Part shown: positions 11,364-20,990 of the stretch, piece by piece
Numbering within the stretch: position 1 is the stretch's first letter
Layout: the number at the start of each line of letters is the position of its first letter
Source of the DNA: Carpediemonas membranifera BICM
Taxonomy: Eukaryota > Protista > Fornicata
Reading direction: 5' to 3'
Assembly (NCBI GenBank): GCA_019828565.1
Contig: JAHDYR010000012.1
Span: forward strand, 310,001 to 374,000
DNA length: 64,000 bases
Position numbers and translations under genes: made by a program
Notes under the pieces: generated by a model
What the model saw: the letters and a program-made list of their open reading frames with translations, nothing else
Databases searched by the model: none
What the model was told of the DNA's origin: nothing

Positions 11364-11751
11364 CTTAATGTCGTAAGGCGCATTTGAGAGCGTCTTGTGC
11401 TGCAGACGGTGCCACTGCGTCAAGATCTGGGTGCGAGACTTAGCCGCACCGTTAACGCGTGGCGTCGGTGGTGAAAAGAGTAGTGTGGACGCGGATCCTT
11501 GCGTTGCAGGGCGATGTGACCTGCTTAACCTCATCCTGTGTGGTGTATGAGGCTGTCAGTTGAAGGAGGTGCCGCTTATGTACTTGGCGAAATATGTGTA
11601 GTTTGAATGTCGAGAAGGAAGTGCCTCTGGCGAGTCTTGGTCAAGCCGATGGGACCAGCACGGGTTCTGAGGCCAACTATATCTCTCCAGCCCTCCATCT
11701 AGCTCCATGCTTGCCGCATCACATTTATTAGCCAAGTGTCCCTTCGTGGGT

Positions 11752-12245
11752 TCATTCCTCGATGGGCGTTCCGAACAAGAAAAGCTTCGTTGTGTAGGAG
11801 CCGGACCCGCCGTAGTTCTCAGTGATCGTGTACTTAACGAAGCGGGCAGTTTCCTTGCACTCGTACATGAAGTCACCGCCACGGTGCTCGAGCTCGTCGT
11901 CGGCTACCTGCTTCATGTCTTCAGGTGTCATTCCAACGTGGAACTGGATGTCTGTATGAGGTGGGGGGTCTGTGGAGGGACAAACGCTCTATGTAATGGT
12001 GTGGGGGGAGACGTACTAGGGTTCTGGTTGTTCTCGCCATGAAGGAAGAAGCCAATCTTGAACAGAGCGATGTTCTGGCCCATGTCAATCACTACGGACT
12101 GAGGGAAGTCCTCAGAGACGCTTGTGAACCAGCACAGCGACGGGTGGCGCAGGAGAAGGTTGCTGCACCGCGATTCGTGGTGATATTGGCTCGTGAAAGA
12201 GTGGATCGACGCACCATTCTCAGCAATAGAGTAGTTTCGCGTCAT
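11752..12245 (-). CDS. Small galactose-binding/discoidin-fold protein (IFT25/HSPB11-like); introns 11989-12016 and 11952-11985 flanking a 3-nt exon
   Basis: Spliced translation: MTRNYSIAENGASIHSFTSQY...CWFTSVSEDFPQSVVIDMG...NQNPKHIQFHVG...TARFVKYTITENYGGSG..., stop TGA at 11752-11754. W..FPQ..I and ARF..I motifs are present. Confidence 0.65.
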
Positions 12246-12271
12246 TTGAATCGCTGGAAAGCTCAAACGAA

Positions 12272-12314
12272 TGTGGTAAACTGCACTTGATTGATTTCTA
12301 TCGCCGAGACTACA
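12272..12314 (+). repeat. 5' LTR of outer element (43 bp)
   Basis: tgtggtaaactgcacttgattgatttctatcgccgagactaca. Confidence 0.95.
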
Positions 12315-12334
12315 GAAGCTTCTACAGTCCATAT

Positions 12335-12585
12335 ATGAGTCAAATTACATCGCCGGGACGAAGTATCGTCTCGTGGTCGAATTTTATCGACGACTACAAG
12401 GGTACTCTACGATCAAGGGAGAAACCCGACTTACTGGTATCCTACCTAAGCAGAGAAGAGGTTCGCAGCATGCTCCAAACTCTGATCACTGCGAGCTACA
12501 CTTATGAAGCCATTGATGGCACTAAGCACAAGTTCGTGTCGAGCGACCAATTCCTCGACTACCTTGCGAGCGAGACGCAACCTTA
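12335..12585 (+). CDS. gag: 5' fragment of outer element gag, interrupted by the nested element
   Basis: MSQITSPGR...ASETQP. It rejoins 16614+ in frame (YLVRHRQAVSQSESEH) when the insert and one CTTA copy are removed. Confidence 0.85.
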
Positions 12586-12667
12586 TGTGATCTTGTCGAG
12601 GTTAAAGGTTTCAAAACAAACTGTTTATAGGGTTCGCACGTGTAGTTGGTACCCTAAACTGCTCACA
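12586..12667 (-). repeat. 3' LTR of inner element (82 bp)
   Basis: Identical to 16528-16609; preceded on the minus strand by the PPT. Confidence 0.95.
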
Positions 12668-12676
12668 CTTCCCCTC
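12668..12676 (-). other. Polypurine tract of inner element (GAGGGGAAG)
   Basis: Purine run abutting the 3' LTR and overlapping the pol TAG stop. Confidence 0.85.
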
Positions 12677-15600
12677 TAAAGGTGCAGCTCCGGGTGAGCC
12701 TCGGCATAAATGTCGAGGGCTTCGAGGTCGCGGACCTCGTGGTACGGGAGCCACTCATCGGCGCCTGGGTAGCCATCCCAGGCGACGAGGAATTCGAGGG
12801 TAGACTTCGTGGGGCCACCACGGTGGCGGGTGATGGCCTCGACTTCGTAGGTGTCGTCGTCAAGGGAGGCGACGGTGATGTCGTCGAAGGCCAGGGAGTC
12901 GTCGTACTCCACGAGCCGGGAACCGTGATACTGGAAGGTGGCGCCGGCAGTGGGGTTGTGTACGGTGTAGATGTCGTGCTCGCGGTCAGTGATCGTGTAT
13001 GGGCCAACGAGCTTAGTAGACAGCTTGGTGGGGCGCTTCGAAGGGCGCGTGACAAGCACCTTCGAGCCAATAGGAAGGGGCTCGTCGCCGAAAGCCGGAC
13101 GTTTCGAGAGGACGTTCTCTTGGTGCTGGCGTGCTGTCTCAATGAGCTTGGGCTGGGCCTGGAGAACACGGCTAAAGAAGCGGCCGTATTCACTCTTCTC
13201 CTCCCTCAACGTGGGCGTCGGACGACAGGAAGGGGGTGACGTTCTGTGAAGCGAACATGAGCTGTGCGGGGGCAATGCCCGTGGTGGCACATATCGTGGT
13301 GTTCATGATCCGCTGGACGACTGGGAGGTAAAGGGACCAGTTGTTAACGTCGCGCAGCTCCTGAGTGATGGTACGTAGGTGTCGTGAGAGCTCGGCGTTA
13401 GCTCTTTCGACGAGCCCGTTGGCTCTGGGGTGGTATGGAAGAGAGACAACGTGTTGGGCGCCGAAGAGCTTAATGAGCTGTTGGAAAGCGGTGGCAAGGT
13501 ACTGAGAACCGCGATCACTTCGGAAAGAAGACGGAGTACCGTAGCGTCCCGTGACGGAGATAAGAGCGCGAAGGGCCTCTGCAGAAGAAGCATCCTTGCA
13601 TGGGACCAGCTCTACGAAGCGTGTGAAGGTGTCAATGAAGGTGATAACGTAGCGGCATCCGTTGGAGTCTGCAGGATAAGGCCCGACCGTATCAAACGCC
13701 CAGCAGGAGCGTGGGGTGACGCCCATGGTAGGGCGGAGGCCTGTCTGAAGGCGCTTGGGAAGTCTGGCGTTCTTCTGACATATCGGGCAAGCCTTGATAT
13801 ACTCGGCGACAGCGTTGCTCATTCCACGGAAGTCAAGGTTTCGTTCCTTAAGGAGGCGGAGTGTAGCCTCTCGGCCGAGGTGTCCCTCGACGGCATTGTG
13901 GACAGAGGCTATGATAAGTCGCTGGAGTGTAGGGGCATTCTCGGGGGGTTGGACGATGAAGCACCTGGATATGCCATCAGTGAGGGTGTTGGAGACGCCA
14001 GAGATGTGTTCAACGACAAAGTCGAACTCTTGGAGTCTGAGGTTCCAGCGGACGACCTTGGGTGTGGTAGAACGGCGCATATAAACTAGGTTACGGTGGT
14101 CTGTCTGTATAGCGAACGAGTGGCCGAGGAGATAGGGGAGTACTTCTCGACAACCGCGAAGAAGATGCCGAAGGCTTCCTTTTCGATGACAGCCCAGTTG
14201 CGCTCTGCGGTGGTGAATGCGTGGCTACAGTAGGAGACTACGTGTTCAACGCCATCCTTGACGTTGAGGAGCACGCCTCCACAGCCAATGTCGCTAGCAT
14301 CGGTGCGAACGATAATTGGGGCAGAGTAGTCCAGGAAGGCTAAACACGGCGTGTGGGCGGCGAGGTTCTTGCTCTCTTCGAAAGCAGTCTGGGCCTCCTT
14401 TGTCCATTTCCACCGGACCTTCCCAGAGGTGAGGGCGTATAGTGGCTGTAGGATCGAGCTGAGGTTGGGGATGAACCTACGGAAATAATTCATCGCTCCA
14501 CAGAAGGCCCGCGTGGTCTTGATGTCCTTAGGAGGAGCCATGGCCTGAACGGCCTTGACCCGGGCGGGGGACATGCGGATTCCCTCGGGGGAGATGATAT
14601 GGCCGAGGTATTCCACCTGCTCAGCGTACAGACAGCACTTGCTGGGATGAAGGACGAAGCGATGTTCCTTGAGAACGGCAAGGATCTCAGCTAGGCGTGT
14701 AGCTAGTTCGTCCGTGGTTGATGCGTGAATGATGATGTCGTCTATGAAGACCTCGCACGTAGTTCCGACAAACTTGGAGAGCAATTGGGTCATGATGGCC
14801 TGGAAGGTAGCAGGAGCCGTTTTGACGCCAAATGGAACGCGCGTATACTCATAAAGGCCGGTTGGAGTTGAAAACGCGGTTATCGGAATGGAACTTTCGG
14901 ACAGTGGGATCTGGTGGTATCCACTAACGAGATCTAACGTCGCAAAGCAACGTTGGCCTGCGAGATGCGACATCAGCTCTTCTTGGTGTGCAAGTGGGAA
15001 ACTGACTTGCTTGATGCGATCATTCGCCTGACGGTAGTCCACGACGAGGCGGCGGGCACCGCCCTTTTTGGGGACAGTAAAGACGGGTGCAGCCCAGGGA
15101 GAGCGTGAGGGGCGGACGATTCCTTGAGCAAGGAGCTCGTTCACCTGGTCATCAACCTCCTGCTGGATTGCAGGGGATAGACGACGCGGCGGTTGAGCAG
15201 CCGGTGTGGCGCCCTCAAGCAGCTCTATCTCCATAGGGGGAACGTCTGCTCCGTCTGGGTGGGGACGGCTGGTGAAGACTTCGGCATACTCATCATAGAC
15301 GGCTCTGATGGCTGGCGGGAGGGCAGACGCGGTTGAACCTACGTCAGGGAGCTGCTCTCCTTCATCTAGGCGAGTGACGGGTGCGTGATCCTCATCGATC
15401 GTCTCCTCATCGGCCGTTGGGGCCAAGGAGAGGGAGAGATCTTGGATAGTGGAGTTTGAGAGGATCAGATCCTCCGACATAGAGGGGAGGATGTAGAATG
15501 GCCGAATGGAGCGAACGCCATCAATGAGCATGGCAAGGAACACAGCTCTCTTGATGAAAACTGGACCGTTCGCGGTATCCAAACGAACGTTAGCGACGGC

Positions 15601-16512
15601 TGGAAGAGCGCCACGTTGGATAAATGATTCGGCTATCGTGGGGGAGATGAGGTCAATAGTTGCACCAGTATCAAGTACTGCACAGACCTCTGTGGCAGTA
15701 CTCTCGTTGATGGGAACATAGAGAGTGGCTTGGCGACAGATGAGGCCGTCGTGATCAGTGGCGGCCAGATTCGCCTTTTCGCGCTTGACTGGCGGACCCT
15801 GGATGGGAGTCTTGCGCACGCCAGAGCGGAAGAAATCTCTGTGTCCTTGATAGGGACAGTTGGGGCGGATGTGGCCCGTATGGCCACAGCCGTGGCAGGG
15901 GGCAGACGATCGTTGGGGTAGTCTAGCCCCAGCGGCGGCGCCGGGAGTCGGGCGCTTACCAGCTGGCTGGGCCGGTTCCGGCTGCAGGAGCGACTGGAGG
16001 TTAAGGAGTTCCTCCAGTTCATCAATGGCGTGGTCCTGCGCCTCTGCGACGTCATCTGGCTGCTCCATGCGGATACGCTCCGCAAGAGGATCTGGAAGTG
16101 CCTGCAGGTATGCCTTCACCATTAGCTTCTCTGGTGGTGTGACGTCGGCTGTGAACGAGCTCCGGATAGTTTCGAAGCGTTCGATATGGTTGAGAAGCTG
16201 TGCAGGCGTTGATAAGGGGCCCGTTCGGGCGCACCGCAGCGACTTCAGCTTGGCTAGTGCTTGAACGTTACTGCGGGGGCTATAGAATGTTTGGTAGACT
16301 GTGTCCAAGACAGTATCCGCCGGAAGATCGGCCGGATTGTCGTTGAGACGGCGTGTGATGAGAAGAAGAGGCGTAGGATCCATCAGGGCAGTCGGATGGA
16401 GAAGAGGATCGTCAAGGCGTTGAGCTCGGTACGCACGGTAGGACGATCGGAACTTGGTGAACGCCTGTTCTTCTAGTGTTAGTAAGAAAGGTCTTGGTAT
16501 GTAGTCGGACAT
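12676..16512 (-). CDS. gag-pol: Inner element gag-pol polyprotein (~1280 aa once two 1-nt frameshifts at ~14135 and ~13203 are corrected)
   Basis: CCHC knuckle CHGCGHTGHIRPNC; protease LDTGA; RT SPWAAP/FIDD; RNase H TDAS..EKEA..TDH; integrase HHCC plus D-D-E (FDTVGP, SDRG, VERAN); GPY; chromodomain YEVEAI..FLVAWDGY..EWLP. Confidence 0.9.
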
Positions 16513-16527
16513 TAGATGAGTGTACAC

Positions 16528-16609
16528 TGTGATCTTGTCGAGGTTAAAGGTTTCAAAACAAACTGTTTATAGGGTTCGCACGTGTAGTTGGTACCCTAAA
16601 CTGCTCACA
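16528..16609 (-). repeat. 5' LTR of inner element (82 bp), contains TATAAA at 16566-16571
   Basis: Identical to 12586-12667. Confidence 0.95.
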
Positions 16610-16613
16610 CTTA

Positions 16614-19600
16614 CCTAGTTAGACACCGCCAGGCCGTGTCACAATCCGAGAGTGAGCACAAGCTCGCCGCCACTGAGCGCGAGGTTCGGATATTAGACGA
16701 CCTCATCGCCGAGATGCTAGCCGCTGGTTATACGAATGCAGACGTGGCTGAACACCGAAAGAACAAGATCGCTCTCCTCGCTCAATCCTCTACTCTGGCC
16801 GCAGCGGTCAAGACTGAAGGACCCGCCAAGCTCCTCGACACCACTAAGCGGATCGAAGCCCTCACCCTACAGGCGAACAACACCCTAGCATACATGAGGC
16901 TGGTGTTACACACCCATACGCAAGAGAGCCTATCCCACCTCCGCGCTCTACCCAAGGTGGTGGTTGGGACATCGAGGACGAGCACCATCGCCTCTGCGCT
17001 GGCCTACGTCGCGCAGTACGACAGAATCGCCGGGCTGGCACTTGTGGACGAAGATAGGGCCGACTCGAACGTGCAGCGAGACCTGAAGCAGACCCTCATG
17101 AATGGGCTGAACTTCCCTAACGCCGAGAGTCGTGCCCTAGTCTTCGGCGAGGGATCGTCCAACCTCATAGCCTCAGAGGACACTACACTCACCGACCTTA
17201 TCGCAACGGCCCGGACCGCCCTGGTCGAGGCTGACACGTCGATCCGTAAGTATGACCGATTCTACGTCACTACTGCCACAACCATCGACCATGAAGAGAC
17301 GCCAGGCGCCTCTAAGAGCAAAGACGCCACTCCGCACCACCAGCCTCAGAGGCAGGAGAAGCCTCACGCCTCTCGTGAGACAAAGCACAAAGCATGCGAC
17401 TGGCACTTCACGCGTGGCCACTCGAACGCTGACTGCGAGGTCCTAAAGCAGCTCACGTCCGACCCGTCTAAGATAACAGACAAGCAAGTACTTATCCACC
17501 TCCTCAGAGCAAGCGAGAAGCATAAGACCAAGCACAAGGAGGCCCTGCGCATTCGCGACGAACGCAAGCTTAAGGAGCTCGCCCAGGGTACGACTCTACT
17601 CATGCAGTCCCCGCAGGCACCCATAGCCACGGAGATCCCCCCCGACTGCGACGACTATCTCACTCTCGTCGAGGTTGAAGGCAAGCCTATTGTTGCGGAC
17701 ATGGACACCGGCGGCAAGCAACTCCCCTTCATCATCCGTAAGGACGCCGCGCAGTATCTGGGCATCAAGCAATCTAAGGCTTCCCCAGTAGTCCTCAACG
17801 CCATCGAGGGACCAACAGCCCTCGAGGCGCAGCCCTCCGAGCCGTTTAGGCTCCGCCTCATAGATCCGAACTACTTCCCGATCCCCACGACCATCACCAT
17901 CACAGCCCACATTGTCGACACCTTCCCCGTCGCATGCCTCCTGGGGAAGAGCCTCCTCCGCCGCACCGGAATGGATTTTCGGGCCGAACGCCGTAACCGC
18001 CGAGGAGCCTCCCTCACCTCCATGACGTCTCCAACACCTCAGAGATGCTTAATCTCTTTACACCCGACGAGACGGCGGTCCTTCCACAAGTCCATGACAG
18101 AGTGGTTGGCGACATACGAGCCAAGTTCCTGCTCTTGCTGGGGACGTTCGCCTTTATCTTTGGCCCGCTGGGCAAGGAGCCGGCCAAGCTTCCGCCGTAC
18201 GAGATCCATATCCGCGAGAGTGCCGTCCCTGTGAGGACCGTTCGACGCCTTCGCAGTGCTGCCCACACTGCTGCAGCAGCGTTCTACATCACGCAGATGA
18301 TTACTGCTGGGATCCTCGCGACAGTCACAACGGACGAAGGATGGCTGAGCCCTATCCTCATGGTCCCGAAACCCAGTGCGGACCCGCCTTACAGACTCTG
18401 CATCGACTTCAGAGAGCTCAATGAGGCGACAACGGCTGAATGGCATCGCATGCCCAGTCCTGATGAACTGTTCGAGCAAGTCCGAGGGGCGACCCACTTT
18501 GCGAAGTTCGACCTGACATCTGGGTTCTTTCAGCTCTCCTTGGCTGACTCCTCCCGAAAGTATACGGCATTTAGCCACCAAGGTCAGACCCTCCAGTTCA
18601 CACGGCTGCCGTTTGGGGTTACCAATGGCCCCATGGTCTTTCAGGCCCGCATGGGGACCCTTCTGAAGCCCATTCCACACTGCTTGGTCTTCGTGGACGA
18701 CATTCTACTCTACGCTTCGTCTGAAGAAGAGTTGCTCGGCCAGGTCGAGTCGCTGTTTGCCGCCCTCGCGGAAGCCAACATTAGGCTGTCACCCACCAAG
18801 TCTATCATCGGGGCCTCGGAAGTGGAATACCTAGGCTTTATTGTCTCAGGGAGTGGGGTCCGCATCGACCCGAAGCGCCTACAAGGCATCACCGACCTTC
18901 CCGTGCCGCAGTCCTCCAAGGACGCGAAGCATGTCGTGGGTGTCTTTTCCTTTATTCGCCAGTTCATTCCCAACTTCGTTGAGAAGGCGCGTCCCCCTAC
19001 AGGACCTCGCGTCTAAGAAGCACGTCTCCAGCGATGACGCCTCTAATTCATTGTCGATCCTCAAGGCCGCAGCGGCCAACGCAGTTGAGCTCGCTCACTT
19101 TCAGCCCGACAAGCCCGTCCACGTGTATACCGACGCATCTAACGTGGGCATCGGCGCCTCAATTATCCAGGATAAGGGGCCGATCGCCTTTTACAGCAAG
19201 AAGCTCTCTGATACGGAGGCCCGATGGACCACCGTCGAGCAGGAGATGTTCGCCATCGTGTCCACGCTGTCGCGCTTTCGCTCAATCCTTGCGGGCTCGA
19301 ACATCATACTACATACCGACAGTCGCAACCTCACATTCATGGCCCGGTCCGAGACCCCAAAGGTCGCCCGCTGGGCACTGGAGGTTGCCCAGTACAGCAT
19401 CACGGAGCTCGTACATGTCGACGGGTGCGCTAACACAGCGGCCGATGGCCTTTCGCGCGTGCCGACCCTACTAATGGAGTCCCTTCCCGAGCAGCTCAAG
19501 AAAGAGCGCTTCCTCTTCGTCCATAACAGACACCACGCGGGTGTCGAGACGACGCTCCGCCTTCTAGATGTCGCTGAACTTTCTTGGCCCGGGGCCAGGG

Positions 19601-20802
19601 AGGACGTCTCACGTTACGTCACGAATTGCGTCACCTGCGCTAAGCAGACCAACAGAACGAACGTGCAGTTCACGCCAGGCATGATCCAGACAGCACCGCC
19701 GCTCTGTGTCGTCCACATGGACCTCATAGGCCCTATCGACCCGGCCGACCAAGGCTTCAAATACATCCTCAAATGCATCGATGTTGGCACTCGCCTCACG
19801 CGAATCATACCCCTGCGCACTAAGGAGCCGCGAGAAATTATTGACCAGGTCAAAGACGTCATCATCTCCAGACTTGCATGCCCAGACATTATTCAAACCG
19901 ATTCAGGATCGGAGTTCTGCAACCACGAGTTCTCTAAGTTCTGCTCACAGTATGGTATCGTACACCATAACACTACTCCTCTTCGACACGAAGCAAACGG
20001 ACTTGTTGAGCGCCAGAACCGTGAGATCAACCGGCATCTACGCGTTGGCATCTCTACACTGATCGACGGCAACAATCGTCATACATGGCGCAGCGTCATG
20101 CAACAGACGGAGCTGAACATCAACTCTACGCCTTCGGCTGCTCTCGGTGGCCGTACGCCTCACGAGGCCGCCTTTTCAGCGGCTCTCATCCACCACCAGG
20201 TCAAGAACGGGCCCAGGACTGCCCCAGATACATCGAGCGTCAGCCAAGAGACCATGGACCGTGCCATCCACACCATGGCCGCAATCAAAGCTGCTCAGCT
20301 CACCAGGAAGGGGGTGAAAGACAGGTTCTATCCCACTCTCGCTTCCCAGCTTTCTCCCGGCGACTGGGTCCTCGTGCAGCGCGACGCCCCAGTTCCTCGC
20401 CTCGAGTTCAAGATGCGTGGCCCCTACCGGGTTTGGGCCGCCACCGAAGACCAGGGCTACCTCCTTGAGAACCCTGTCACCGGCAAGACTATCAAGAGGC
20501 ACGCCAGTCGCCTGGCGAAGCTCCAGGAGCGCCTCACGGTCGACGAAGCTCGCAAGTACTTCGTCCAGGACACTCCCCACGGGATCGTCGACCACATTGT
20601 CAAGTGGTTCAAGCGCGCTGACACGGGCATGCCCATGTGCCAGGTGCGTTGGCTCGGCTACGAGGCCGACGAGGACCAAGACGTACCCATCACTGAGCTC
20701 CTCACCAACGATGCGTTTATCCAGTATCGTGACTCAAACGCCCACTTCAACAAGGTCTGCCAGGACTACCTTGTCCAACACGCTAGGCGTTCCCGCCACT
20801 AG
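16614..20802 (+). CDS. gag-pol: Outer element gag-pol polyprotein, remainder (frameshifts at ~17970-18015 and ~18995)
   Basis: Knuckle CDWHFTRGHSNADC; protease MDTGG; RT LCIDFRELN/RLPFG/FVDD; RNase H TDAS..EQE..TDS; integrase H..H..CVTC, MDLIGP, TDSGSEF, VERQN; GPY; degenerate chromodomain VRWLGY. Confidence 0.9.
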
Positions 20803-20809
20803 GGGGCGA
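20801..20809 (+). other. Polypurine tract of outer element (AGGGGGCGA)
   Basis: Abuts the 3' LTR and overlaps the pol TAG stop (20800-20802). Confidence 0.8.
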
Positions 20810-20852
20810 TGTGGTAAACTGCACTTGATTGATTTCTCTCACCGAGACTACA
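20810..20852 (+). repeat. 3' LTR of outer element (43 bp)
   Basis: tgtggtaaactgcacttgattgatttctctcaccgagactaca; two differences from the 5' LTR. Confidence 0.95.
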
Positions 20853-20990
20853 ACGAACGACATGAGGCTATCCTGCGAAATCGCACATTAGGCCCCACCG
20901 GGCGCTGAAACCTGCACCAGGCTGCTCTCATCCCTCTGTACCACGCCACAGCCGCACAAACCGCACGTCGTTTAAATCCGCCACCGCCGC

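Larger units (their letters stand above)
12586..16609 (-). mobile_element. Inner Ty3/gypsy chromovirus-like LTR retrotransposon (4024 bp), identical 82-bp LTRs, TSD CTTA
   Basis: Identical repeats at 12586-12667 and 16528-16609 with TGTGA...TCACA termini. CTTA at 12582-12585 and 16610-16613. Complete gag-pol domain set. Confidence 0.95.
12272..20852 (+). mobile_element. Outer Ty3/gypsy chromodomain LTR retrotransposon (~4.55 kb without the nested insert), 43-bp LTRs, TSD ACGAA
   Basis: Direct repeats TG...CA at 12272-12314 and 20810-20852 (41/43 identical), flanked by ACGAA (12267-12271, 20853-20857). Domain order gag-PR-RT-RH-IN-chromo. PPT lies before the 3' LTR. Confidence 0.95.

Noticed and set aside
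12321-12330. Outer PBS region complementary to the tRNA-Tyr anticodon arm (GGACUGUAGA), i.e. half-tRNA priming
   Set aside because: The match starts 6 nt away from the LTR, host tRNAs are not available to test, and the inner element has no equivalent. It is kept only as the alternative hypothesis to test.
16534-16563. Intron-like 30-nt GTTTGT...AAG segment within the inner LTR (minus strand)
   Set aside because: It ends in AAG rather than YAG, and a spliced segment would be lost on reverse transcription; probably coincidence.
13203-18997. Frameshifts in both gag-pol ORFs as programmed ribosomal frameshifts
   Set aside because: Three of four fall in short homopolymers (CCC 13203-05, GGGG 14135-38, CCCCC 18993-97) inside RT/RNase H/IN rather than at the gag-pol junction. 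The fourth (~17970-18015) has no canonical slippery heptamer. Long-read consensus errors or copy-specific indels are more likely.
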